A stretch of DNA of 40,488 nt. It comes from an uncultured Cellvibrionaceae bacterium. Its GTDB lineage: Bacteria; Pseudomonadota; Gammaproteobacteria; Pseudomonadales; Cellvibrionaceae. A program made the position numbers and the translations under genes. A model generated the notes under the pieces. It ran no database searches, had not been told where the DNA came from, and saw only the letters and a program-made list of their open reading frames with translations. This document shows positions 1 to 9,334 of this stretch, one piece after another. Position 1 is the stretch's first letter. Every line of letters starts with the position of its first letter. The DNA is taken from NCBI GenBank assembly GCA_964537795.1, contig CAZICR010000001.1, positions 1 through 40,488 on the forward strand, in the 5' to 3' direction.

Positions 1-429
1 GTCTTGACCGAACCTGCCGTGTTCGCGCAGCCTCAGGCAAAAGTGTATCGTTGGCGACAGCAAGGTAAGGTGGCCGCTTATGTCACTGAAACCACAGCGC
101 CAGATGGGTATAGCGGCAATATTCAGCTGCTAGCTGCCATTCAGCCGGACGGCACCATTTTAGCGGTACGAAGCCTTTCACATAAAGAAACGCCTGGACT
201 TGGCGATAAAATTGAGACTCGTAAAGGGGACTGGATCCACAGCTTCCAGCAACAACAGGTGCAAGGTGCCGACGATAAAAGATTTGCCGTAAAAAAAGAT
301 GGTGGTCAGTTTGATCAGTTTGCTGGGGCAACTATTACACCGCGCGCTGTGGTCGCTGCGGTGAAACGGACAGCTTTATACTTGACTCAACACCCGGAAT
401 TAGCCGAACAACCGTCCAGCTGCCAGTAA
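1..429 (+). CDS. rnfG: Rnf/Rsx electron transport complex subunit G, 5'-truncated by the window edge
   Basis: Frame open from base 1; motifs [18 protein letters not shown] and FMN-attachment-like [13 protein letters not shown]; directly upstream of rnfE. Confidence 0.93.
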   Translation, partial: VLTEPAVFAQPQAKVYRWRQQGKVAAYVTETTAPDGYSGNIQLLAAIQPDGTILAVRSLSHKETPGLGDKIETRKGDWIHSFQQQQVQGADDKRFAVKKDGGQFDQFAGATITPRAVVAAVKRTALYLTQHPELAEQPSSCQ

Positions 430-442
430 CCCTGAGGTAACT

Positions 443-1156
443 ATGCAACAATATCAGGAAATTGCCCGCCAAGGCTTATGGAAAAATAACCCGGGGCTAG
501 TACAACTGCTCGGCCTTTGTCCATTGCTGGCGACCAGTTCTAATGTGACCAATGCGCTTGGCTTGGGCCTAGCAACTATGCTGGTCCTGACAGCAACCAA
601 TTTAGTGGTGTCATTGATCCGCCATCAGGTGCCAAACGAAATCCGGATCCCGGTGTTTGTGATGGTGATTGCTGCCGTGGTCACTGCCATCGAACAACTG
701 ATGCACGCTTATACCTATCAGCTTTATCAGTCCTTAGGTATTTTTATTCCACTGATAGTAACCAACTGCATTGTGATTGGCCGCGCAGAAGCTTTTGCGT
801 CAAAAAATCCAGTGTTGCCAGCCATGGCTGACGGGTTGATGATGGGGGCAGGTTTTACCGCCGTACTAGTCGCTCTAGGCGCCAGTCGTGAAGTACTAGG
901 TCAAGGGACTTTGTTTGATGGCGCTAATAATCTGTTGGGCGACTGGGCGGCGGTACTCAAAATCCAGCTCTATCATAGTGACAGTCATTTTCTGCTTGCG
1001 ATCCTACCACCGGGTGCATTTTTGGTGCTTGGATTTTTAATTGCCGCGAAAAATGCCATTGATTTAAGACAGAAAAACCGTGCACAGGAAGTTAAACCCA
1101 GCAGAACTAGAGCCAGGGTGACGCAAGTTTCAACTGCTGAGAGTAGCGGCGGATGA
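443..1156 (+). CDS. rnfE: Rnf/Rsx electron transport complex subunit E
   Basis: [28 protein letters not shown] and LPPGAF signatures; multi-TM; GAGG RBS upstream; conserved rnfG-rnfE-nth order. Confidence 0.95.
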   Translation: MQQYQEIARQGLWKNNPGLVQLLGLCPLLATSSNVTNALGLGLATMLVLTATNLVVSLIRHQVPNEIRIPVFVMVIAAVVTAIEQLMHAYTYQLYQSLGIFIPLIVTNCIVIGRAEAFASKNPVLPAMADGLMMGAGFTAVLVALGASREVLGQGTLFDGANNLLGDWAAVLKIQLYHSDSHFLLAILPPGAFLVLGFLIAAKNAIDLRQKNRAQEVKPSRTRARVTQVSTAESSGG

Positions 1157-1785
1157 ATCAGCAGAAAAGAACTGAGATTTTAACCAGACTCAGAGCGAAT
1201 AACCCGCACCCGACCACCGAACTGGAATATAACAGTCCGTTTGAACTGTTGATTGCAGTGCTGCTCTCGGCACAAGCGACAGATGTCGGCGTCAACAAAG
1301 CCACCCGGCTGTTATTTCCAGTGGCGAATACTCCGGCGACTATGCTGGCGCTTGGGGTTGATGGGGTAAAAAATTATATTAAAACCATCGGCCTGTTTAA
1401 TTCTAAAGCCGAAAATGTGATTAAAACCTGTCGAATTTTGCTGGAAAAACATCAAGGTGAAGTTCCGGAAAATCGTGAAGCATTAGAAGCCTTGCCAGGC
1501 GTTGGCCGCAAAACTGCCAATGTTGTGCTGAATACCGCCTTTGGCTGGCCCACTATCGCTGTGGACACCCATATATTTCGCGTCAGCAACAGGATGAATT
1601 TTGCACCAGGCAAAAATGTCGATGAAGTTGAGCAGAAGTTACTCAAAGTAGTCCCAACTGAATTTAAGCTAGATGTCCATCACTGGCTGATCTTGCATGG
1701 TCGCTACACCTGCATGGCCCGCAAACCTAAATGTGGCAGTTGTTTGGTAGAAGACCTGTGTGAATTTAAAGAAAAAACCGATTAG
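1153..1785 (+). CDS. nth: Endonuclease III (HhH-GPD DNA glycosylase/AP lyase)
   Basis: LLSAQATD, HhH motif [18 protein letters not shown]-terminal 4Fe-4S motif C-x6-C-x2-C-x5-C; ATGA overlap with rnfE stop. Confidence 0.97.
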   Translation: MNQQKRTEILTRLRANNPHPTTELEYNSPFELLIAVLLSAQATDVGVNKATRLLFPVANTPATMLALGVDGVKNYIKTIGLFNSKAENVIKTCRILLEKHQGEVPENREALEALPGVGRKTANVVLNTAFGWPTIAVDTHIFRVSNRMNFAPGKNVDEVEQKLLKVVPTEFKLDVHHWLILHGRYTCMARKPKCGSCLVEDLCEFKEKTD

Positions 1786-1794
1786 GAGCGTCCA

Positions 1795-2196
1795 ATGAGA
1801 ATGCTGCATACCATGTTACGGGTAACCAACCTGGAACGTTCAATTGAATTCTATACCGAAGTATTGGGCATGAAACTGTTACGACAGTCTGATAATCCAG
1901 AATACCAATATACTCTGGCATTTGTTGGTTACCACGATGAGTCTGCTGGTGCTGTGCTGGAGCTGACCTATAACTATGGCGTCACCCAGTACGAGTTGGG
2001 CAATGCTTTTGGCCACATCGCGTTGGAAGTAGATAATGTTTACACAGCCTGTGACCAGATCCGCGCTCGGGGTGGGGTCATTAGTCGTGAACCAGGCCCG
2101 GTAAAAGGTGGCACCACTGAGATTGCATTTGTGCGGGATCCGGATAACTATGCAATTGAACTGATTCAGAAAAAAGCAAATTATACGCAATTGTAA
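1795..2196 (+). CDS. gloA: Lactoylglutathione lyase (glyoxalase I)
   Basis: [32 protein letters not shown]; AGGAG RBS. Confidence 0.95.
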   Translation: MRMLHTMLRVTNLERSIEFYTEVLGMKLLRQSDNPEYQYTLAFVGYHDESAGAVLELTYNYGVTQYELGNAFGHIALEVDNVYTACDQIRARGGVISREPGPVKGGTTEIAFVRDPDNYAIELIQKKANYTQL

Positions 2197-2202
2197 TGAC
2201 TA

Positions 2203-2221
2203 GGGGCGGAATATCCGCCCC
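2203..2221. terminator. GC-rich hairpin between convergent gloA and aspartoacylase, probable terminator
   Basis: GGGGCGGA-ATA-TCCGCCCC perfect 8-bp stem; no strong U tract on either side. Confidence 0.55.
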
Positions 2222-2240
2222 AGACTTCTATTGTGGCTGA

Positions 2241-3152
2241 TTAGTCCTGCTCAACCTCAATCCAAACTTTTTCGTTTAGTGACATCGCCAGATTGTTGTC
2301 GTAATAAGCCGCTTCATTAATAAAAGTTGGATAAACCACCTCTGTGCCCTGATAGGTTTGCTCAGAGCCATCAAACATGGCAAACAATGGCTGGCCAGGC
2401 AGGATCGCCTGATAATCACGGTCTTGGATTTGCTTGTGCACCATACCTAACCGTTCACCTTGTGCGTTCATTGGCAGCTTGATGCTATGTAAATAACGAA
2501 AAGCTTCCACTCTTGAAGGCAACTGCGGCAAGGTACCGAGGTTATAGTGTTCAATAAAATCCAGAATATGCTGCGTCATTTCAGCCATCTGCTCCAGCAC
2601 ATCATGGCGTAACACTGACTGCGATTGTGGCCCGACTTCGACGATCACGCCAAAGGTTCCAACAGTGCACAACAACGCATGATCTTCGGCGGCAAAATGA
2701 TCTTCATCACGAGAAATCACTGCCTCTGGCATTTTTAAACGGATATATCCCGCTAACAGGTTATAAATACGGCCTGGCTGGGTCAGGATTAAGCAAGCCC
2801 CCATATTACTGGTGGTGTTATGTAAATCGATAATAAAGTCGGTTTTAGCCTGCCCTTTTGGTCCAAGCTCAGCATTAATTACTTTGGCCCGGCTTTGCTC
2901 GTAATTGGTAAGGTTGGCATCTGCTAAATCAACAGTTTTAAACTGCCGATTTAAATCACTGTCTAGGTATCTTTTATTAGCTTGATGCGCCATTGGATTA
3001 GCAAATAAGGTACGGCTACTAAAACTGCTACGCTGTATGAGCTCGGGCTGGGTGCGATAAAGCTTCTCAAGATAAATACCTGAAAATTCATTACCATGGG
3101 TACCACCGACCACAGCGACAGTACGGATTGGTGTTTGCGGGGTTTTATACAT
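2241..3152 (-). CDS. Aspartoacylase (AstE/AspA family, M14-like Zn hydrolase)
   Basis: GGTHGNE, DLNRQF, DLHNTT, VEVGP and FINEAAYY motifs; start moved from 3197 to ATG at 3152 (MYKTPQ), which is preceded by AGAGG. Confidence 0.9.
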   Translation of the reverse strand: MYKTPQTPIRTVAVVGGTHGNEFSGIYLEKLYRTQPELIQRSSFSSRTLFANPMAHQANKRYLDSDLNRQFKTVDLADANLTNYEQSRAKVINAELGPKGQAKTDFIIDLHNTTSNMGACLILTQPGRIYNLLAGYIRLKMPEAVISRDEDHFAAEDHALLCTVGTFGVIVEVGPQSQSVLRHDVLEQMAEMTQHILDFIEHYNLGTLPQLPSRVEAFRYLHSIKLPMNAQGERLGMVHKQIQDRDYQAILPGQPLFAMFDGSEQTYQGTEVVYPTFINEAAYYDNNLAMSLNEKVWIEVEQD

Positions 3153-3542
3153 CACGACCTCTGAGCAAGCGGAAATACGGCAAATTATAGATTGCACTCA
3201 ACAAAGTGCGACAACCAAAGACTGCATTATGCCGCACCAAAGCCATCATTTGAATAAAAAATATATAGAAATGCAACTATTAAGGATAAAAAGTGAATTT
3301 CCAATAACCCAATACAGGCCATCCATGAATTGCGTTTACATTGCGGCCATCCACATCTGCCTGCCAGATTTAAGTAGCACACCGTTGATCAACTGTTCAA
3401 GACTCAGCCCGTTTACTCCAGATCGCAGGTTTCAGTTTAATTAAATATTGTTGACCAAAAAATAAACTTCTAACCTGCCTTTATTTATTACATTAATGCA
3501 TCTATTTTTAACATCACGTTGACTTTATTGCTGAGCTAAACC

Positions 3543-4535
3543 ATGCCTGCCGCACGAAAATTCCAGATTGCTGTGAGTCAAACTTGTTACTACCACTTGG
3601 TCAGCCGCTGTGTCAGACGGGCTTTTTTATGCGGGATTACAGATAGTTATAACTTCGAACATCGCCGCGAATGGATGACTGAACGCTTGGCGCTGCTCAC
3701 GCAAATGTTCGCGATTGACATCGCCGCTTATGCTCTGATGACCAACCACTATCATCTTGTTGTCCGGGTCGATACAGCCAAAGCTAAAAGCTGGAGCAAA
3801 CTCGAGGTTTTGCAGCATTGGCAGATGCTTTTTCACTTACCTGCACTGGTTGAACATGAACTCTCTGGCGGCTCCTGTGGCGAAGTTGAAAGGCAAGTTA
3901 TTGATGCCATTGTAGAAAAGTATCGAGACAGGCTTTGTGATATCAGTTGGTTTATGCGTTGTTTAAACGAATACATTGCCAGACTTGCCAATATTGAAGA
4001 TGAATGCACTGGCCGCTTTTGGGAAGGTCGTTTTAAATGCCAGGCTCTCCTTGGGGAAAAAGCGCTTCTTAGCGTGATGGCCTATGTGGATCTCAATCCC
4101 ATGCGTGCAAAAATCGCTGAATCTCCGCAGGCTTCAGAATATACCAGCATCCAAAACCGGCTTGGCAATGCGATTCGAGGTCACTTTCGTGGCAAATTAT
4201 TGCCTTTTACTGATCAAATTGACACAAAGAGCCAGCAGGAACATATCCCCTACCGTTTTAATGATTATCTTGAACTTCTGGACTGGACGAGCCGACATAT
4301 TCACACTGCAAAGACTCCAGCAATGGATGAAAAGTTGCCACCCATGTTAAAACAACTCGGTATTCCACACGAACGCTGGATCCACAACTGCAGCCACCTT
4401 GAAACTAATTTTTTCCACGTTATAGGTACAGTTAGTGCTATCAAGCGCTATTGCCGGCATTTAAATCTTCGCACTGTGCATGGTATTTGTGCTTGTAGGC
4501 ACAGTTTTCCTGAAAATTTGGGCGGCGATTTCTAA
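3543..4535 (+). CDS. REP-associated tyrosine transposase-like protein (Y1/HUH, IS200 superfamily; long ~330 aa type)
   Basis: YYHLVSRCVRRAFLCG N-terminus, HUH motif NHYHL, GRFWEGRFK, catalytic-Tyr helix YVDLNP; intact ORF; no adjacent tnpB. Confidence 0.9.
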   Translation: MPAARKFQIAVSQTCYYHLVSRCVRRAFLCGITDSYNFEHRREWMTERLALLTQMFAIDIAAYALMTNHYHLVVRVDTAKAKSWSKLEVLQHWQMLFHLPALVEHELSGGSCGEVERQVIDAIVEKYRDRLCDISWFMRCLNEYIARLANIEDECTGRFWEGRFKCQALLGEKALLSVMAYVDLNPMRAKIAESPQASEYTSIQNRLGNAIRGHFRGKLLPFTDQIDTKSQQEHIPYRFNDYLELLDWTSRHIHTAKTPAMDEKLPPMLKQLGIPHERWIHNCSHLETNFFHVIGTVSAIKRYCRHLNLRTVHGICACRHSFPENLGGDF

Positions 4536-4810
4536 TTGATTCGATTTCTAACTAGCTAGAAACTAAAAATAGTGATGAAGGAATTAAGCTGAACTGAGGT
4601 TGGTATGCTCAAAATTGGTTATTTATGGCTTCAATTTCACAGCTAAAATCTGTGCCCATGCTCTGAAACATCAATCCTTTGTTACATTTAACTATCCAAA
4701 CCTGATATCAAACTAAAATTCGCAGGAATTCATTGTAATAATGCGGCAAAAATCGCAAATAATTTAACATTTTCGTATAGATGAGAAATACGGATTAAAT
4801 TATATTTGTC

Positions 4811-4919
4811 CCATAACTGTGGATGGCAAGTTTTGACGAAATGGTGGATATGGATGGCACATAGCATGTTTCCATTACTGTCGTTGGTATGTTTTGACAA
4901 CAATATGAATATGGATGGC
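4811..4919 (+). repeat. Degenerate 61-bp-period tandem duplication carrying TGGATGGC motifs
   Basis: 4811-4858 vs 4872-4919 match at 37/48 positions by manual alignment; both end ATATGGATGGC. Confidence 0.75.
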
Positions 4920-5039
4920 CTGAAGCAGGCTGTGAGTGAAAACTAGCAGCCTGCCACTAAAGGTTTATGGCGTATATGAAGACTGGCAGTCTGGTCTACG
5001 AATAAAACGGATGGGTTGAAGATGTTTCTTAATAATTGC

Positions 5040-5252
5040 TCAAGCTGCAGGCCGTTGCTGCTCTAAAACTCTGCAAGGGATCATTTGTTCTGTAAGGCTA
5101 CGATTTAACAAATCTTGCGCTGCTGGTGTACATTTGCCGCATTGGCTACCCACACCCAAGCATTGTTTCATCTCGCGCATAGAGCACATACCTTCGGCCA
5201 CTTTTTGGCGGATGGTTTTGTCAGTGACTGCTTTACACACACAGATATACAT
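5040..5252 (-). CDS. bfd: Bacterioferritin-associated ferredoxin (BFD-like [2Fe-2S])
   Basis: MYICVCKAVTD...GSQCGKC (C-x-C...C-x2-C); start moved to ATG at 5252 (70 aa). Confidence 0.9.
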   Translation of the reverse strand: MYICVCKAVTDKTIRQKVAEGMCSMREMKQCLGVGSQCGKCTPAAQDLLNRSLTEQMIPCRVLEQQRPAA

Positions 5253-5299
5253 AGAGTTTCCGATTTGGCATGTTGAAAACACCGATATCGTAATCTAAT

Positions 5300-5314
5300 T
5301 AAGAATGGTTATCA
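5300..5314. promoter_or_regulatory. Putative Fur box upstream of bfd
   Basis: TAAGAAT-G-GTTATCA matches the 7-1-7 consensus TGATAAT-N-ATTATCA at 11/14; bfd is a classical Fur target. Confidence 0.6.
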
Positions 5315-5417
5315 ATAGTGAAATGCAAATATCGATTTATTTTTGATCACCCGAATAGTCCCAATCTCAAACTGGCAATATTCGGGTTCATACTCAAAAC
5401 CAAATCAACAACGTCGA

Positions 5418-5816
5418 TTAATGGCTAGCATCGTCCTGCATCGCTTCTAACAGCGTTTCTTGCAGCTCGACAGGCCCAATCACGATGCCTGGTTCATCTG
5501 CATGCGGGAAAATCGCAATTGACAACTCATCACCATCCAAGCCGGTGGTCCATTTATCAATCCAGGTACTAATGTCGACGGCCTGAGCGGTACAATTTGC
5601 CCAATCACCTTCAATCCAGAGCTGCGCAATTTCGGCATGAGGCCAAACAGGAATGCAGCGCTCGTCTTCAGCGGTAACCAGCACAAAACCTTCTTCATCG
5701 GTCAGGATCCAAATTTTCTCCAGATCGGCGACTGCATTAATAAAATAGTCGTAGCGCTGTTCAGCATCCAGTTGGGTGACTTTTTTCAGTTCATCTGCGG
5801 TCAGTGCGTATTCCAT
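5418..5816 (-). CDS. DUF2750-like acidic protein
   Basis: RYDYFI...IWIL.DEEG...CIPVWPHAE.A..W pattern; very acidic; AAGG RBS. Confidence 0.75.
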   Translation of the reverse strand: MEYALTADELKKVTQLDAEQRYDYFINAVADLEKIWILTDEEGFVLVTAEDERCIPVWPHAEIAQLWIEGDWANCTAQAVDISTWIDKWTTGLDGDELSIAIFPHADEPGIVIGPVELQETLLEAMQDDASH

Positions 5817-5953
5817 TGTATTACCTTCTCTTGGTGTCTATATAATTGCGCTATGATGACCGAAAGCGGTGATTTCGCCTAGAGTTTTGTCATTGGTTCA
5901 GCAGATTGAACTCAGTTTATGCCAAAAAATCGACAACCTAAGGTGCTATCGGA

Positions 5954-6394
5954 TTACGGAGCTGGCAACAGATGTTCAGCCAACAACAAAAGCAAAGCAT
6001 ATCGACTCCCTTTGGCAAGGGTCACCAGCAATAAAAATAGCCAAGGCCGCATTTTTAGTACACCAGCCATAATGGTAAGCGGATCTCCAACCACGGGTAA
6101 CCAACACATTAATAATGACATCGGCCCCCAGCGCTGAAACCAACCTTGCGCCCGTTCTAATTGCTCGGCACTCACTGGAAACCAGCGTTTATCTTGAAAA
6201 CGCAAGAGCTGGCCACCAAGCCACCAGTTAAAACATGAACCCAATAAATTACCACTGGTTGCAACCAGCCATAACCACCAAGGATTAAACCCCTGCCACC
6301 ACATGGTTGCAAGCACCACCTCCGAACTGCCAGGTAACACGGTAGCAGAACTTAGCGCACTTAAAAACAATAATACCCAAGGCCAATTTGCCAT
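5954..6394 (-). CDS. YqaA/DedA (VTT/SNARE-associated) family membrane protein
   Basis: SATVLPGSSE, GNLLGS, WLPVVGDPLT..AG and KGSRY motifs. Confidence 0.88.
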   Translation of the reverse strand: MANWPWVLLFLSALSSATVLPGSSEVVLATMWWQGFNPWWLWLVATSGNLLGSCFNWWLGGQLLRFQDKRWFPVSAEQLERAQGWFQRWGPMSLLMCWLPVVGDPLTIMAGVLKMRPWLFLLLVTLAKGSRYALLLLLAEHLLPAP

Positions 6395-6436
6395 CTAAAA
6401 CGTCCAATACACTTACTGATCAACTAACACTTACGA

Positions 6437-6850
6437 CTAGATTAATTTCACGGCAAAACGGATCCAGAAAATCCATAACACAACGCAACTGGCCAGAAAC
6501 AAATTAAACCGTTGCCGTACCTGGTTCGAGGTTAAATGGACCACTGCATGTAACAATCTAAGCATAACAAATATCGATGCCAATAACACAAACACTAAAT
6601 CAGCCAACCCAAAATGCAATACAAACAGCACTGCAAACATAAAAAGCATTGGCATCTGAAACTGATTGTCAAAGTTACGACTAGCAGTTATTACCCGCTC
6701 GTTTGCTCCGGCAAGTTCCATTGTTCGAAAGGCTGATATGTGAATTTCTTTATTGCGGGCTGCCGCGAATCGGCGACGTCCCATAATCACCAGAATGACA
6801 CTGATGAGCAATACCTGCAGCACGACTGTTAATACTAAAAATTTTTCCAT
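6437..6850 (-). CDS. MAPEG family membrane protein
   Basis: NFDNQFQMPMLF and RLLHAVVH motifs; about 4 TM segments; start moved to ATG at 6850 (MEKFLV), preceded by GGAGG. Confidence 0.8.
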   Translation of the reverse strand: MEKFLVLTVVLQVLLISVILVIMGRRRFAAARNKEIHISAFRTMELAGANERVITASRNFDNQFQMPMLFMFAVLFVLHFGLADLVFVLLASIFVMLRLLHAVVHLTSNQVRQRFNLFLASCVVLWIFWIRFAVKLI

Positions 6851-7043
6851 ACAACCTCCATTCAAGCGGCCATTAAAGTAAAACATTCTGCAATCAGACA
6901 CAATCAAAACAGCCATAAGCTGGCAAAATGTTAAACCGCGGAAATAACATAGCAAAATGTAATTCATTATAAGGCTTGCATGCTTAACAAACGACAGCTC
7001 ATTGCTTCACTGTCAAAAACAAGCATCACCCTCAACCATTGTT

Positions 7044-7134
7044 AATACAGGCCATCCATAGTTAACGAAAAATTCCATGACCTTCGCACCATGCTTTTCA
7101 ACTGAAGTTTATTGATTGATGGATGGCCTGTATT
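7044..7134. repeat. 91-bp miniature inverted-repeat element (REPIN/MITE-like), copy 1
   Basis: Perfect 16-bp terminal inverted repeats AATACAGGCCATCCAT (7044-7059) and ATGGATGGCCTGTATT (7119-7134); left end identical to 3311-3326. Confidence 0.9.
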
Positions 7135-7189
7135 TAGCGACGCATCTTTGTGGCATTTTGTGAAACAAGTTTCATTTTCTGCCATTCTC

Positions 7190-7280
7190 AATACAGGCCA
7201 TCCATTGTTAATGAAAAATTCAGTGACCTTCGCACCATGCTTTTCAACTGAGGTTTATTGATTGATGGATGGCCTGTATT
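7190..7280. repeat. 91-bp miniature inverted-repeat element (REPIN/MITE-like), copy 2
   Basis: Same perfect 16-bp ends (7190-7205, 7265-7280); 86/91 identical to copy 1; 146-bp period. Confidence 0.9.
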
Positions 7281-7397
7281 TAGTCACGCTATCGCGTATT
7301 CATTACAGGACCATATTTGTCACTGTTTTGACGCAAACTTATGTAACTATAAGGCTATAAAATGATGGGTGGCTTGCTTTGGAACTCGAGCGGCAAT

Positions 7398-7406
7398 TGA
7401 TATACT
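7398..7406 (+). promoter_or_regulatory. Possible extended -10 sigma70 promoter element for tdk
   Basis: TG-A-TATACT about 30 bp upstream of the tdk ATG; no convincing -35. Confidence 0.4.
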
Positions 7407-7435
7407 GCCGCACGCGTTTTTAGAAGAGAATCCCG

Positions 7436-8020
7436 ATGGCTCAGTTGTATTTTTATTATTCGGCAATGAATGCCGGTAAATCGACCTCGTTACTACAAAG
7501 TGCTTATAACTATCAGGAAAGAGGCATGCATACCGCCATCTTTACCGCAGCACTGGATGACAGGTTTGGGATTGGCAAAGTCAGCTCGAGAATAGGACTG
7601 GCGATGGATGCTCAGCTGTTTGACGATGAGTTGGATTTTTTCCAGGCATGCAGCAATTTAAAACTACAGCAGCAACTGGATTGCGTACTGATTGACGAAG
7701 CACAATTTTTGTCAAAGCAACAAGTCAAACAACTGACAGACGTGGTTGATCAGCTTAATGTACCCGTGCTGGCATTTGGTTTAAGAACAGATTTTCTCGG
7801 CGAAACTTTTGCCGGTAGCCAGGCTTTATTAGCTTGGGCTGATAAGCTGGTTGAACTGAAAACCATCTGCCATTGTGGCCGTAAAGCAAATTTTGTCGTG
7901 CGGTTGGATCAGCATGGTAAAGCCGCCACCACTGGCTCACAAGTGCAAATTGGTGGCAATGACAGTTATGTATCGATGTGCCGTGCTCACTTTAAGGAGT
8001 TAGTCTGGCAAGCTGAATAA
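7436..8020 (+). CDS. tdk: Thymidine kinase
   Basis: [18 protein letters not shown]-loop, IDEAQFL, FGLRTDF, Zn ligands ICHCG...MCRAH. Confidence 0.97.
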   Translation: MAQLYFYYSAMNAGKSTSLLQSAYNYQERGMHTAIFTAALDDRFGIGKVSSRIGLAMDAQLFDDELDFFQACSNLKLQQQLDCVLIDEAQFLSKQQVKQLTDVVDQLNVPVLAFGLRTDFLGETFAGSQALLAWADKLVELKTICHCGRKANFVVRLDQHGKAATTGSQVQIGGNDSYVSMCRAHFKELVWQAE

Positions 8021-8032
8021 AAGGATCAATGA

Positions 8033-9082
8033 ATGCGGCTGTTATATGGCGTGCAGGCAACAGGTAACGGTCACATCAGCAGAGCCAGAGCAATGGCAAA
8101 ACAGCTGCAACATCATGGCGTAGAAGTCGACTTTTTGTTTAGTGGCCGCCCTGCGGATCAGTTATTTGACATGCCATGCTTTGGTCGCTGGCAACATAGA
8201 CGCGGTTTAACTTTTGCGAGCCGCGCTGGTCGGATTGATTATTTACGAAGCCTATGTCAGGCCAATCTACGCCAGTTATGGAGTGATATTCAAACGCTCG
8301 ATACCCGCGGCTATGACTTAGTGATCACCGATTTTGAGCCCGTCACCGCTTGGGCAGCTAAACGCCAAGGAACACCAGTGTTGGCGCTCGGCCACCAATA
8401 TGCATTTTTGCATGCGATACCTTTGCAGGATGATTCCTGGTTTAGCCGCCAGGTTTTTCGTCACTTTGCGCCTTCTGAGCAACATATTGGTCTGCATTGG
8501 CACCATTTCAATATCGAGCAAACCAACGGCTCAGCTATAGCACCACCCATCATTGATTTACCGGACAGCCTCCCATCCACAGATCCAAACCGGGTATTAG
8601 TCTATTTACCCTTTGAAGATCCAACAGCGGTAAGGCAGTGGTTGTTACCGCTCACAGGCTATCAGTTTGATATTTACGGCTGCACCGGTATGAAAGGTCG
8701 CCAGCAACAATTAAATTTTCATCCACCCTCGGTCAACTCATTTAAACAACATCTGGCAGCTGCAGGAGCCGTGTTGAGTAATGCAGGCTTTGAACTCATT
8801 AGTGAAGCCCTGCAATGGCAGAAAAAAATCATGGTCAAACCGTTACAAGGTCAAATGGAACAAGCCTCAAATGCACTGGCATTAAATCAACTGCATTTGG
8901 CGCATAGTCAGCAACAGCTAAACACGGACAACATCAGAACTTGGTTGCAAGGACCCGACGCGGCTTGCCAGGTGCAATATCCGGATGTCGCAGCAGAGAT
9001 TTGTCGTCAACTGCTCGCAGGCAGCGGTTTTGATAGTAAAAAATTGTGGTTACAGACATCTTTTAAGCAAAAGCAGCCGTAA
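8033..9082 (+). CDS. MJ1255/VC2487-family (GT-B, GT28-like) glycosyltransferase
   Basis: LYGVQATGNGHISRAR, ITDFEP, NAGFELISEAL and KPLQGQMEQASNA motifs. Confidence 0.82.
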   Translation: MRLLYGVQATGNGHISRARAMAKQLQHHGVEVDFLFSGRPADQLFDMPCFGRWQHRRGLTFASRAGRIDYLRSLCQANLRQLWSDIQTLDTRGYDLVITDFEPVTAWAAKRQGTPVLALGHQYAFLHAIPLQDDSWFSRQVFRHFAPSEQHIGLHWHHFNIEQTNGSAIAPPIIDLPDSLPSTDPNRVLVYLPFEDPTAVRQWLLPLTGYQFDIYGCTGMKGRQQQLNFHPPSVNSFKQHLAAAGAVLSNAGFELISEALQWQKKIMVKPLQGQMEQASNALALNQLHLAHSQQQLNTDNIRTWLQGPDAACQVQYPDVAAEICRQLLAGSGFDSKKLWLQTSFKQKQP

Positions 9083-9299
9083 TTTTTGCAGGTGAGCCAG
9101 CAGAGCTTGATAGGACCATCACTAGCGCACAATATCTGTTTTAGTATCGCAAAACCCAGCATGAGCATGGCTGGCCATTTTAACAACTTTTAGCACTTTA
9201 TGGTGCGCAATAAACATAGGTGGCCATTTATCGCCCTGGTCATTTCTACCCCTCCTCAAGCAGAAACATAATCTAGCTCTCCATCTTCAGTTAAATCAT

Positions 9300-9324
9300 G
9301 GCTGGCCTGTCGTTTAGGCCAGCC
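9300..9324. terminator. Hairpin just downstream of yjbH/gfcD, probable terminator
   Basis: GGCTGGCCT-7nt-AGGCCAGCC perfect 9-bp stem, 10 bp after the stop, in a convergent intergenic region. Confidence 0.55.
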
Positions 9325-9334
9325 TGTTTAAACC

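Larger units (their letters stand above)
3311..4926. mobile_element. RAYT-like HUH transposase unit bounded by inverted GGCCATCCA/TGGATGGCC motifs
   Basis: AATACAGGCCATCCAT at 3311-3326 and GGCCATCCACA at 3345-3355 upstream; TGGATGGC at 4820, 4851 and 4912 downstream; CAGGCCATCCAT (3315-3326) is the exact reverse complement of 4911-4922. Confidence 0.7.

Noticed and set aside
3229-3444. 71-aa ORF upstream of the transposase
   Set aside because: Runs through the end motifs, with no RBS or domain features.
3543-4535. IS605/IS200 element with TnpB/IscB (RNA-guided system)
   Set aside because: No tnpB/iscB ORF or remnant nearby; the ~500 bp downstream has no long ORF.
7044-7280. CRISPR array
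   Set aside because: Only two 91-bp units with terminal inverted repeats, a single 55-bp gap and no cas genes; fits a REPIN/MITE-like element.
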